Source: Candidatus Sericytochromatia bacterium (GTDB taxonomy: Bacteria > Cyanobacteriota > Sericytochromatia > S15B-MN24 > UBA4093). From it: a stretch of DNA of 64,000 bases. Made by a program: the position numbers and the translations under genes. Location: the NCBI GenBank assembly GCA_036676495.1, contig JAKFCT010000045.1, positions 18,898-82,897 on the forward strand. Reading direction: 5' to 3'. Positions 55,401 through 64,000 of this stretch are shown piece by piece (within the stretch, counting starts at the first letter, position 1; each line of letters starts with the position of its first letter). The notes under the pieces were generated by a model. It worked only from the letters and a program-made list of their open reading frames with translations. It searched no databases and was not told the DNA's origin.

Positions 55401-56609
55401 CTAATAGGGGGCGAAGGTGATCTTTCGGATGGCGTCATTGCCCATGTCAGCCACCCAGAGGTTGCCGTCCGGATCGAGCGAGAGATCTCCCGGGCTCTCG
55501 AAGCGAGCTTGGAGGTTGTCGCCGTCCGCATCGCCCGCTTCGTTGAGCTCATCGTAGCGGGCGTGTTGAAGGTGACGGTTGCCTCCTCCAACCAGGGTCG
55601 TAACTTGGCCGTTTGGACTCAGTTTACGGATACAGTGAGCCCCGAGATCCGAGATGAAGAGCTGATCCCGCTGATCGATCGCAAGCCCCGTGATGAATTC
55701 GAACTTGGCGATTTCTGCCGGACCATCGTGGAACCCCTCCGACCCCGTTCCTGCCACCGTGGTCACGATCCCGTCGGGGCTGATCCTTCGGATACGGTAG
55801 TTTTTCGTGTCCGCCACGAAGAGGTTTCCAAGGCGATCCACGGCGAGACCTAGGGGCGTATTGAACATCGACAGCAGGCCAGGGCCGTCCGCGAACCCAG
55901 GCCTTCCCGAGCCGGCGATGGTGCTGACCTGGCCGTCGGGTGTGATGCGTCGGATCCGGTGGCCTCCTTCTTCTCCCACGTAGATGTTGCCGTGAGCATC
56001 CACTGCGAGCGCGGAAGGCCGGTCGAATTCAGCTTCCATCCCCGATCCATCCTTGCCGCCCGGATTCCCGTTACCTGCCAAGGTCGTCACGAGCCCTTGG
56101 CGAGTCACCCTCCGGATGCGGTGGTTGAAGGTATCGGCAACGATCAAGTCACCGTCAGGGAGCAAGCGAATATCGACGGGCACATTGAAGCGCGCCTGCT
56201 CTCCGTGACCGTCAGAGAAGCCTCCCTCAAATCCTACGTAGGGAACGTGATTGGCTTTTCCTGCGACGAGACGGCTGGAGCCTGCGTCGAATTCAAAGAT
56301 ACGAGAATCGATAAACGATGCGAAGAAGCTCCTACCATCTGAGGTGACGCCCTTGGGCGTGTACAAGTAGGGTGACGATGCCGTCGCCTCCGGCGACGAC
56401 GGCATCGGGTTTCCTGCCAACGTGGCCACCCGGACGGAACTTGGATCGAACACTTTTTGGTTCGGCCGGAGTCCTCCCTGATCCTCGGCATGGAGAGCCT
56501 CGTCAGAGGGGCTCAATAGCCATGGGCATCCCGTAAGCAGGAAGAGGAGCGGCACGGTCAAAAGAAACTTGCGGCCGGTGGGTTTTGGGTCATCGTTCGA
56601 CATGCGCAT
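55401..56609 (-). CDS. NHL-repeat (beta-propeller) lipoprotein, paralog 1
   Basis: LLTGC lipobox; same repeats, highly similar to paralog 2; start 56609 or 56603. Confidence 0.9.
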   Translation of the reverse strand: MRMSNDDPKPTGRKFLLTVPLLFLLTGCPWLLSPSDEALHAEDQGGLRPNQKVFDPSSVRVATLAGNPMPSSPEATASSPYLYTPKGVTSDGRSFFASFIDSRIFEFDAGSSRLVAGKANHVPYVGFEGGFSDGHGEQARFNVPVDIRLLPDGDLIVADTFNHRIRRVTRQGLVTTLAGNGNPGGKDGSGMEAEFDRPSALAVDAHGNIYVGEEGGHRIRRITPDGQVSTIAGSGRPGFADGPGLLSMFNTPLGLAVDRLGNLFVADTKNYRIRRISPDGIVTTVAGTGSEGFHDGPAEIAKFEFITGLAIDQRDQLFISDLGAHCIRKLSPNGQVTTLVGGGNRHLQHARYDELNEAGDADGDNLQARFESPGDLSLDPDGNLWVADMGNDAIRKITFAPY

Positions 56610-56619
56610 CGTTCGGTAC

Positions 56620-58233
56620 TTAGGCGTCAAGCTTGCATGAAATCGCGGCCGGGTACGCCTCGGCAAGGCTGCCAGGCGAAATCAAGGTCTGCTGGCTGTA
56701 AGCTTTGCCAGGTGAAAAGAAAGCTTCGGCGACGACGGTCGCCGCGCTCGTCAGGAAAAACGCGACACTGAGCAACTGAGTGGTGTTTACGGCCAAGGCC
56801 GTGCCGTAGGCAAGCGCATAGGCGGAAATTTCCGCCTGGTATCGCGCATGATAAGTAGCCTGCTGCAAGGGATACTCGATCGTCGTGTAGTACGCGGTTC
56901 TCACTCCAAAGTCCACGTCATACGCGGCTTTCGATGCCGTGTACCAAGTGTCGTAGGCCGCACGATTTGCGACGTCGAGAGGGTTCGGATAGGTGAACGA
57001 ATGCCAATGAGTCCTCACCTCAGGCCATCCTCCCCACCACTCCCAGTGCCAAATGGTTTCAAACGTCGGGTACGATCCGGTAAGCGTACCGATGGTAGGC
57101 GGGTTATAGGCTGGAGGTTGGTAAGCAGGCGGATTGTACCCAGGGGGAGCGTATGGCGGCTTTGAGGGATAGGCCATGCCCCCAAGTTTTTGAAGATCAA
57201 ATTTGGAGAGGTTCGCTCCGAGGTTAGCTTCGCTAAACTGTGCAAGAGCCTTTTGTAGGGTTTCGATATCGCCGGTTTGTCCCACTGCGATGCAGGCATT
57301 GGCTAGGTCGGTGGCAAGTTGTTTCGCGTACGCTCCCGCCTGGCAAAAGATAGAAATGCCCGGAATGGTAAGAAACTTTTCGACGAGCTTTTTCTGCTCT
57401 TCTGGATCCAAGTTCTTAGCTGAAAAGGAGCACGCCTTGATAAACGCGTCCGCCGTCGCGGCGGGAGTGCCGAGCACTTTGAGGGTCGCCACGAGCGCAT
57501 TGACCTTCATTTCGGCGGTGGGTAGCAGCGATGGAGCGGTGCGTAATTCCAGTCCAGCGGCTCGGTAAGCGTCGACGACCAATTCGCTGCAGTAATACTT
57601 GTCGTTCGAGGTGTTTTCAAGTTGATTGAAGGTATAGTCGTAGCTCGATCCGAGTTTCGACCTCGCGAATGCCACCGCCTTGTCGATCGTGGCGGGGTCC
57701 TCGCTCGGGCGAACCACGTGATACTCGATGGGCCGTCCAGCGGCCTTGTACCGGCTTAGGACGCTATCCAAGCGGGTTTCGACCACGCCAGGCATCAACG
57801 TGCCTGACAGCGTGGTCGCTGCATTCCCTTCTGCTTCGACGAAGGTCGGAAGAATCCCCTTGGCCAGATCTCCCGGATCGACGCAAATCGCCACATGGGT
57901 CCATTTTCGGTCGCTGATCTGGGTGACGAGATTCTCTCCCTCAATGAAGAGCAGGTCGCCCTTTCGCAGGTTTTCCGCTAGCTGGTAGAGCTTCGGGTAT
58001 TCCGCCGGGTTGAATCGCCCACCGAATGCGTCAAGGGCCGAGGAGAGTTTGGTAAATCCGAGGGCCACAGAGGCCGATTGTGCTAAGAGCGTGCTGCCGC
58101 CCAGGAGAGTCGTCGTGGACGTTCCGCTCGTCGTCGAGGTGACGAGCGGTTGAGTCGTATTGGTCGTCGAGGATGGGGTGAGGGTGCTGGTTGAAGGGGT
58201 GGTTAGCGTCGGATTGGCAAGAACGGTGCTCAT
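56620..58233 (-). CDS. permuted papain-like NlpC/P60 (YiiX/YebB-like) enzyme with large insertion
   Basis: LRKGDLLF, WTHVAI (His), G..YDY.F, YYCSELV.DAY (Cys), terminal ISPGSL; Thr/Ser-rich N-terminus, no Sec signal. Confidence 0.85.
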   Translation of the reverse strand: MSTVLANPTLTTPSTSTLTPSSTTNTTQPLVTSTTSGTSTTTLLGGSTLLAQSASVALGFTKLSSALDAFGGRFNPAEYPKLYQLAENLRKGDLLFIEGENLVTQISDRKWTHVAICVDPGDLAKGILPTFVEAEGNAATTLSGTLMPGVVETRLDSVLSRYKAAGRPIEYHVVRPSEDPATIDKAVAFARSKLGSSYDYTFNQLENTSNDKYYCSELVVDAYRAAGLELRTAPSLLPTAEMKVNALVATLKVLGTPAATADAFIKACSFSAKNLDPEEQKKLVEKFLTIPGISIFCQAGAYAKQLATDLANACIAVGQTGDIETLQKALAQFSEANLGANLSKFDLQKLGGMAYPSKPPYAPPGYNPPAYQPPAYNPPTIGTLTGSYPTFETIWHWEWWGGWPEVRTHWHSFTYPNPLDVANRAAYDTWYTASKAAYDVDFGVRTAYYTTIEYPLQQATYHARYQAEISAYALAYGTALAVNTTQLLSVAFFLTSAATVVAEAFFSPGKAYSQQTLISPGSLAEAYPAAISCKLDA

Positions 58234-58349
58234 CGTTGACCTCTTAATGATGATTGACTGAAATTAAATCAAGGCTTAATCTTGACCATAACCAACGGGC
58301 GATGCCTTGAGAAGGGGAGGTTTCGGATGATTTTCTGCGTGACGACCGC

Positions 58350-58967
58350 ATGAAGAGCTCATCGACGGACGTTCCCTTCATGGCGGTGGGGATGGTCCGC
58401 CTCGTCCAGGCCTTGCAGGCACGGATGCTGGCTGCCCGGACCGTGGATGAGGTTTGCTCCTTGTTCCTCGCGCTATTCATGCCGCTATTCGATGCCAGCG
58501 GGGTCCGGATCGCCTTGGCTGCGAGCATCCAAAGCCTGGTGCTGGAAGGGGTCGCCCCCCAAGCCCTCGATGCGGGGATCCAGGTCGACATGAAAAAGCT
58601 GGCCGTTCCCCTGCAAGGGGACGGCCAGCTTTTTGGTGACATCGAGCTTTATTTCCCGGAGGGGCATCCGGCCCTGGATGCCCCGACTCATGCCCTGCTC
58701 GATTTCGCGGCCGGTTTTCTTTCCACGGCGGTGGCGGCGCGACTGACCACGGAGTCCCGGGTCGCGCAATTGACCAAGACCGAGTGGAAGGTGCTGGGGC
58801 TACTCGATCGGCCGACCACGCAGATTCTTGATGAGCTCGGGATCAGCGAGGCGACGCTGAGGACGCATCTGAAGCATCTGTATCGAAAGCTGGGGGTGTC
58901 CGGTCGCAGCGAGGCGAGGCGGGTTTATCAAGCCGATCGGGACCGGTTTTCTCGCTTGCAAGCCTGA
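58350..58967 (+). CDS. LuxR-type HTH regulator with GAF-like N-domain
   Basis: LTKTEWKVL, ILDELGISEATLRTHLKHLYRKLGV.GR. Confidence 0.85.
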   Translation: MKSSSTDVPFMAVGMVRLVQALQARMLAARTVDEVCSLFLALFMPLFDASGVRIALAASIQSLVLEGVAPQALDAGIQVDMKKLAVPLQGDGQLFGDIELYFPEGHPALDAPTHALLDFAAGFLSTAVAARLTTESRVAQLTKTEWKVLGLLDRPTTQILDELGISEATLRTHLKHLYRKLGVSGRSEARRVYQADRDRFSRLQA

Positions 58968-58986
58968 GTTCAGCGAGCGCCGACGC

Positions 58987-59880
58987 CTAGGGAATGATGC
59001 CCCAGACTCCCACGATGTAGAAGTAGACGGCAGCGCCGGCCAAGAGGAAGGAGTCCACGCGGTCGAGCACTCCGCCGTGGCCGGGGATCATGGTGCCCGA
59101 GTCCTTCACTCCCGCGTCGCGCTTGATCAGGGATTCCGAGAGGTCGCTCACCTGGGCCACGACGCTGGTGAGGATGGCCAGGGCCACGACGTGATTCAAG
59201 GGCAGGTGGAAGGCCGATCCGATTGCCACTCCGACCAGGACGGCGCTGGCGATGCCCCCGAGGCTCCCCTCGACGGTCTTCTTGGGGCTCAGAGGGCCGA
59301 TCAGCGGGTGCTTGCCGAAACGCTTGCCCACCAGGTAGGCCCCGACGTCGGTGGCGAAGATGGTCCCGAAGAAGAGGAAGGTGATGGCCAGCCCGATGTC
59401 CGGAAGCTGCCGCAAGAGCGGAATGTAGGCCGGAAGCCAGCCCGCGTAGATGATGCCCAGGAAGGTGGTGGCGACGTCGGAGATCGAGGCGATCTGGGGG
59501 CCCTTGAGGTGGGCGGGATAGGGCTCTCGGCGGAAGGTCTCGAGGAGATCCCAGTAGGGGAACCAGGGGGCGCCCCGGAGGATCAAGAAGACGAACGAGA
59601 GCACGAAGACGGCCACCAGGAAGGGGGCATGGAACTCGGTGCCGGTGACGGCCGAGAGCGCGATGATCGAGAGGCAGCTGGTGATGCCGAGGTAGCGGGC
59701 GGGATGGTAGCCCTTGTCCTCGAAGAGGGTGAAGAGCTCGTTGCTCGCGAAGATGGCGAGCACCAGGATCATCAGGGCCAGCGTCCATTCGGCGTACCAG
59801 ATGGCCGCCAGGGCGAGGGCGATGCCGACGACGGTGGTCACCGCGCGGAGGATGAACTTCTTGCGAGGGTTCTCGGTCAT
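58987..59880 (-). CDS. cdsA: phosphatidate cytidylyltransferase
   Basis: TDVGAY..GK.FGKH, SPKKTVEG, DL.ES.IKR.AGVKDSG..IPGHGGVLDRVDS. Confidence 0.96.
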   Translation of the reverse strand: MTENPRKKFILRAVTTVVGIALALAAIWYAEWTLALMILVLAIFASNELFTLFEDKGYHPARYLGITSCLSIIALSAVTGTEFHAPFLVAVFVLSFVFLILRGAPWFPYWDLLETFRREPYPAHLKGPQIASISDVATTFLGIIYAGWLPAYIPLLRQLPDIGLAITFLFFGTIFATDVGAYLVGKRFGKHPLIGPLSPKKTVEGSLGGIASAVLVGVAIGSAFHLPLNHVVALAILTSVVAQVSDLSESLIKRDAGVKDSGTMIPGHGGVLDRVDSFLLAGAAVYFYIVGVWGIIP

Positions 59881-60053
59881 GGGGCCGTCAAGAGGTGCAT
59901 GGTGCGAGGGGCGACGAGGAGTTCGAGCGTCCCGTCATGGTCGCGGACGCGGACCACCCGCCATTCGGAAGGGGGCTCGAAGCGTTCCGGGCGGGTTTGG
60001 CGGGGAGGCAGGGCCGGCGACAGGGTCAGGGGCCTGTCGCCGGCTTGAAGCAA
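59877..60053 (-). CDS. small hypothetical ORF (58 aa) coupled to cdsA
   Basis: GAGG RBS + TTG; MLQAGDRPLTLSPALPPRQTRPERFEPPSEWRVVRVRDHDGTLELLVAPRTMHLLTAP; ATGA overlap with cdsA. Confidence 0.45.
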   Translation of the reverse strand: MLQAGDRPLTLSPALPPRQTRPERFEPPSEWRVVRVRDHDGTLELLVAPRTMHLLTAP

Positions 60054-60091
60054 TGCCTCGTCGAGGGGGAGTCCGAGCCAGGGATGGATGG

Positions 60092-60646
60092 TTAGACCTC
60101 CATGATCTCGGCCTCTTTGGAGGCCAGGACCTTGTCGAGTTCGGCGACGTAGCGGTCGGTCAGCTTCTGGAGCTGATCCTGGAAGCGCTTGGAGTCGTCC
60201 TGGGTGATCTCGGACTTCTTCTCGGCGGCCTTGACCTTGTCGCCGGCGTCGCGGCGGACGTTGCGGATGGCGACCTTGCCTTCTTCGGCTTCCTTCTTGG
60301 CGAGCTTGGCGAGCTCCTTGCGCCGATCCTGGGTCGGGGGGGGGAAGACGATGCGCAGGGTCTGGCCGTCGGAGTTGGGGTTGAGCCCGAGGTCCGACTT
60401 GAGGATGGCCTTCTCGATCGCCGACAGGGCGCTCCGATCGAACGGGGCGATCTGGAGGGTGCGGGCGTCGGGGACCGAGATCGAGGCGAGGCTCTTGATG
60501 GAGGTCATCGAGCCGTAGTACTCGACCTCCACGCGGTCCAGGATGGCGGGGGCGGCGCGGCCGGTCCGCAGGGAGGCGAACTCTTGCTGGACGCGGGCGA
60601 TCGCCTTCTTCATCTTCTCTTCGGCTTCGGACATGACGTTAAGCAT
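60092..60646 (-). CDS. frr: ribosome recycling factor
   Basis: [36 protein letters not shown]. Confidence 0.97.
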   Translation of the reverse strand: MLNVMSEAEEKMKKAIARVQQEFASLRTGRAAPAILDRVEVEYYGSMTSIKSLASISVPDARTLQIAPFDRSALSAIEKAILKSDLGLNPNSDGQTLRIVFPPPTQDRRKELAKLAKKEAEEGKVAIRNVRRDAGDKVKAAEKKSEITQDDSKRFQDQLQKLTDRYVAELDKVLASKEAEIMEV

Positions 60647-61370
60647 GGATGGGTGCGCCTCCTACGAGCGTGCCAATGGGTTCTCCGTGAACGACCTTCT
60701 CGATGTTGCCGGTCCGGCCCAGGTCGAAGACGATGATGGGCAGGGAATTCTCCCGGCAGAGGGAGAAGGCGGTCGCGTCCATGACCTTGAGGTCCTTGGA
60801 GAGGGCCTCGGTGAAGGTCAGGGTATCGAACTTGACGGCGTTGGGGTTCTTCTTGGGGTCGGAATCGTAGATGCCGTCGACCTTGGTGGCCTTCAAGAGG
60901 ACCTCGGCGCCGATTTCGGCGGCCCGCAGGGCGGCGGCGGTGTCGGTGGTGAAGAAGGGGTTGCCGGTGCCGGCGGCGAAGATCACGACGCGGCCCTTTT
61001 CGAGGTGGCGCATGGCGCGGCGCTTGATGAAGGGCTCGGCGATCTCGCGCATTTCGATGGCGGAGAGGACGCGGGTGACGACGCCGGCTTTCTCCAGGCC
61101 GTCTTGCAGGGCCAGGGAGTTCATGACGGTGGCGAGCATGCCCATGTAGTCGGCGGTCGAGCGATCCATGCCGGAGGCCGAGGCGGCGAGGCCGCGGAAG
61201 ATGTTGCCTCCGCCCACCACCAGGGCGAGTTCGACGCCTTGATCGATGAGCCGCTTCACCTCCTGGGCGATCCCGCTGATGACCGTGGGATCGATGCCGT
61301 AGCCTTGGTTCCCCATGAGGGCCTCGCCGCTGAGCTTGAGCAGGACGCGGCGGTACTTGAGGCCTTCCAA
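60639..61370 (-). CDS. pyrH: UMP kinase
   Basis: [35 protein letters not shown]; TTG start at 61370 after GAGGAG. Confidence 0.96.
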   Translation of the reverse strand: MEGLKYRRVLLKLSGEALMGNQGYGIDPTVISGIAQEVKRLIDQGVELALVVGGGNIFRGLAASASGMDRSTADYMGMLATVMNSLALQDGLEKAGVVTRVLSAIEMREIAEPFIKRRAMRHLEKGRVVIFAAGTGNPFFTTDTAAALRAAEIGAEVLLKATKVDGIYDSDPKKNPNAVKFDTLTFTEALSKDLKVMDATAFSLCRENSLPIIVFDLGRTGNIEKVVHGEPIGTLVGGAPIHA

Positions 61371-61473
61371 ACTGGTCTCCTCTCTTGATCGCGAGGTGGC
61401 GCTGTCTCGTCGGGGAGTCAGCCGGCCCACCTGGAAGCGTCCCCCGGCCGGAGGCCGGGGGAGCGGGTCGGGA

Positions 61474-62418
61474 TTACTTCTGGCCCATCTGCGCCATGAC
61501 TTCGGCGGCGAAGTCTTCCTGGGGCTTCTCGATGCCCTCGCCCAGCACGTAGCGGGTGAAGCGGGCAACGGTCACCTTGGCGTTCAGCGCCTTGCCGCGG
61601 GCGGCGAGCATGTCCGAGACGGTCTGCGAGGGGTCCTTGATGTAGGCCTGCTCGAGGAGGCAAACCTGCTCGAAGTACTTGTTGATCCGGCCCTCGACGA
61701 TCTTGGGGCGGACGGCCTCGGGCTTGGACTTGATGTCCTCGGCCTCGGCGAGGATCCGGCGCTCGGCGTCGATCTGCGCGGCGGGCACTTCGTCGCGGCG
61801 GACGAAGGCGGGGTTCGAGGCGGCGATCTGCATGGCGACGTCGCGGGCGAGGTCGCGGGCTTCGGTCGCGCCGGCGATGTCCGCATCGGCCTGCAGCTCG
61901 ACGAGGACGCCGATCTTGCCGCCGAGGTGGATGTAAGAGCCGACGAGGTTGTTGCCTTCGGCCTGGTAGCGGGCGAAGCGACGGTAGTCGATCTTCTCGC
62001 CGATCTTGGCAACCTTCTGGTTGATGACTTCGTTGACGGTCTGGGACGCGTCGGTGACGAAGGGCTGGTTCAGCAGATCCTCGCCGGTGCCTGCGGCCTT
62101 GTCGGACTTCTCGGCGGCCTGATGGGCGAGATCCGTGACCAGGTCGATGAACTCGGGGTTGCGGGCGACGAAGTCGGTTTCGCAGTTGATCTCGACGAGG
62201 GCGCCGACCTTGGCGTTGTCGCTGATGTAGGCGCCAACGAGGCCTTCGCTGGCGACGCGGCCGGCCTTCTTGGCGGAAGCGGCGAGCCCCTTCTTGCGCA
62301 GGAACTCGACGGCCTGCTCCATGTCGCCGCCGACCTCAGCCAGGGCCTTCTTGCAGTCCATCATGCCGGCGCCGGTCTTCTCGCGAAGTTCCTTGACCAT
62401 CGATGCCGTAATCTCCAC
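61474..62418 (-). CDS. tsf: elongation factor Ts
   Basis: [29 protein letters not shown]. Confidence 0.98.
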   Translation of the reverse strand: MEITASMVKELREKTGAGMMDCKKALAEVGGDMEQAVEFLRKKGLAASAKKAGRVASEGLVGAYISDNAKVGALVEINCETDFVARNPEFIDLVTDLAHQAAEKSDKAAGTGEDLLNQPFVTDASQTVNEVINQKVAKIGEKIDYRRFARYQAEGNNLVGSYIHLGGKIGVLVELQADADIAGATEARDLARDVAMQIAASNPAFVRRDEVPAAQIDAERRILAEAEDIKSKPEAVRPKIVEGRINKYFEQVCLLEQAYIKDPSQTVSDMLAARGKALNAKVTVARFTRYVLGEGIEKPQEDFAAEVMAQMGQK

Positions 62419-62493
62419 GGGTGATCCTCCTTAACGAATCGCTAATTCCAGCTTATTATAGCGCCTCTTCGGCAAGCGAGGAAGCGTTGAGGC

Positions 62494-62526
62494 AAAAAGA
62501 GGCGGCGGCCCTGAGGACCGCCGCCG
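62494..62526 (-). terminator. intrinsic terminator of the inserted gene; TATAAT for tsf at 62460-62455
   Basis: GGCGGCGG stem followed on the minus strand by TCTTTTT. Confidence 0.7.
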
Positions 62527-62568
62527 GGGTATTTGGGGGAGTGGGGACGGGCGCGCGCGGCGCGGGGT

Positions 62569-63675
62569 CTAGAGAACGCCTTCGCCGGCGCGGGTTCTCC
62601 ACTCCTTGGCGAAGTCTTCCGGGGTCTTCCAGAGGCGCCCGTCGTTCATGTCGAGCTGGGTGGTGCCGTTGACGGCGATCGCCTTGCCGTCCCGGCCACG
62701 GGTGTCGTTCGCGGCGTTGGTGTCGGCATCCAGGCTGCCCAGCAGGCCGTGCACCGAGCCCGAGGGGCGCTTGGCGGAGAGCTCGACGTCGGCGTTCAGG
62801 TAGTGGACGCCCTTGGCGTTGTTGACGCGGTTGATCGCGATCTTGTCGCCGTCGGCGGAGGTGATGTGGACCTTGCTGGTCTTGGGGTCGTAGGTGACCT
62901 TGCCTCCGCCGGGCAGGTCGATGCCGTGGGCGGCGAATTTCAGGTCGTACTTCTTGCCGTTGACGGTCATGGTGTTGGGGCCGTTGCCGCCGTTGGTGCT
63001 GATGGCGATGGCGTTGCCGTCGAGCTTGAAGCCCATGCTGGTGTTGTACTTGCGGCCGTCCTTGGTCTTGGAGATCTCCTGCTCCATGAGGAAATCGCCC
63101 GAGGCGGACTTCAGGGAGACGTACTTGCCGGGCTCGTGCACGCCGAACCAGAGGCCGTCGCCGGTCTTGACGAGGGGATCGCCCTGGGTCTTGAAGGTGC
63201 GGCCCTCCGCCGGGATGGGCTTGGGCTCGGGCTTCGGCTCGGGCTTGGGCTGGGCCTTGACCTCGGGCTTGGGCTCAGGCTTGGGTTGCGCCTTGACCTC
63301 GGGCTTGGGCTCGGGCTTCGGCTCGGTCTTGGGTTGGGCTTTGGGCGGCTCGACCGTGGGGGCGGGCTCGGTGACGGACTTGGGCAGGGAGTCGAGGACC
63401 TCGAGCAGGTTGTCCAGCCAGGAGTCGTCGGGGGGAGGGGTCTGGACCTCGCTGAGGAGGATCTGGGAGGCTTGCTCCGGCGCCGTCGGGATGATGGTGC
63501 TGGTGTCGGCCTTGATCGCGGGCATTTCCCAGAGCTCGGTGGTCTGGACCGGAGCGGGCTTGGGGTCGCTCGGCATCTCCCAGAGCTCGGTCTTGGGGAC
63601 TTCCTTGGAGTCGCCCAGCGGCGGATTGACGTTGGTCTTCGGGGTGTAGACAACGTTGGCCCAAACTTCTGCCAT
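62569..63675 (-). CDS. VWD-like domain protein with PK/PE-rich linker, no Sec signal
   Basis: GDP...T.DG..F, G.Y.., YLN..V, V.GLLG..D.....D, F..EWR match a VWD-type domain; ELWEMP duplicated at the N-terminus. Confidence 0.75.
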   Translation of the reverse strand: MAEVWANVVYTPKTNVNPPLGDSKEVPKTELWEMPSDPKPAPVQTTELWEMPAIKADTSTIIPTAPEQASQILLSEVQTPPPDDSWLDNLLEVLDSLPKSVTEPAPTVEPPKAQPKTEPKPEPKPEVKAQPKPEPKPEVKAQPKPEPKPEPKPIPAEGRTFKTQGDPLVKTGDGLWFGVHEPGKYVSLKSASGDFLMEQEISKTKDGRKYNTSMGFKLDGNAIAISTNGGNGPNTMTVNGKKYDLKFAAHGIDLPGGGKVTYDPKTSKVHITSADGDKIAINRVNNAKGVHYLNADVELSAKRPSGSVHGLLGSLDADTNAANDTRGRDGKAIAVNGTTQLDMNDGRLWKTPEDFAKEWRTRAGEGVL

Positions 63676-63744
63676 GGCGCATCTCCTTGCTCGAACGGTG
63701 GCTGTCCTCTCCTATTCCCGGGATCGGGGAGGGAGTGACGTGAT

Positions 63745-63770
63745 TCAACGAAGGCTTAACAGAGATTTGA
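63745..63770. promoter_or_regulatory. phased TCAA-N7-TTAA-N7-TTGA motif
   Basis: Symmetric 11-bp-phased array 70 nt upstream of the VWD-like gene. Confidence 0.55.
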
Positions 63771-63792
63771 CGGCGGGGAATCCTGGGATAAG

Positions 63793-63828
63793 CAAAAGGA
63801 AACGCGGGGGGCCGAAGCCCCCCGCGTC
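63793..63828 (-). terminator. intrinsic terminator after rpsB
   Basis: ACGCGGGGGG/CCCCCCGCGT stem, then TTCCTTTT on the minus strand. Confidence 0.8.
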
Positions 63829-63846
63829 GCAGGTGGAAGAGAGCGC

Positions 63847-64000
63847 CTAGACGGTGGCGGCTTCTTCGGCCTTGGGGGCCGCGGCTTCCTTCTTGGCGTG
63901 CTGCTCGCCCTGCTTGCCCTCGAGGACGGCGTCGGCCATCTTGCCGGCGATCAGCTTGACGGCGCGGATGGCGTCGTCGTTGCCGGGGATGATGTAGTCG
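63847..64000 (-). CDS. rpsB: 30S ribosomal protein S2 (3' part)
   Basis: [17 protein letters not shown] signature; not in ORF track (truncated by window). Confidence 0.95.
   Translation of the reverse strand, partial: DYIIPGNDDAIRAVKLIAGKMADAVLEGKQGEQHAKKEAAAPKAEEAATV

Noticed and set aside
62431-62445. TTAA-N7-CTAA upstream of tsf as another regulon member
   Set aside because: Overlaps the RBS and -10 region, where AT-richness is expected; imperfect match
62569-63675. TonB-like call from the PK/PE repeats
   Set aside because: No N-terminal TM anchor and no TonB C-domain; the C-terminus looks VWD-like

Overview
High-GC chromosomal segment of a diderm bacterium. It has P/L-ring genes, a C-terminal-Phe outer-membrane protein, tRNAs without encoded CCA, Firmicutes-like FlgF/FlgG/DacF sequences and frequent GCGATCGC. 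This suggests a non-photosynthetic Cyanobacteriota relative such as Sericytochromatia, but that is inference only. Housekeeping content: tRNA-Lys(CTT), tRNA-Leu(GAG), a three-component glycosylation unit, dppABC-corA with a PqqD-like gene, nagB, nadBC, hemW, and rpsB-tsf-pyrH-frr-cdsA. The main observation is a compact flagellar basal-body cluster (fliK-like, mini-flhB, flgFGAHIJ, fliA, flgBC, fliE, fliF, flhA). Its FliF is naturally fused to only the FliG middle domain and is followed directly by flhA; no hook, filament, stator, C-ring or ATPase genes lie in this window. A phased TTAA-N7-TTAA motif and sigma28-like promoters link this cluster to scattered signal-peptide-less extracellular-type proteins (LysM, VWD-like, permuted papain-like amidase with tandem NHL lipoproteins). 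Together these suggest a flagellum-derived protein secretion system with an effector regulon (hypothesis). Also present: a duplicated two-hairpin element with CUCACAC loops, a long-hairpin repeat element, REP-like repeats and several unannotated small ORFs. All family calls are from motif recognition by eye; no database searches were run.
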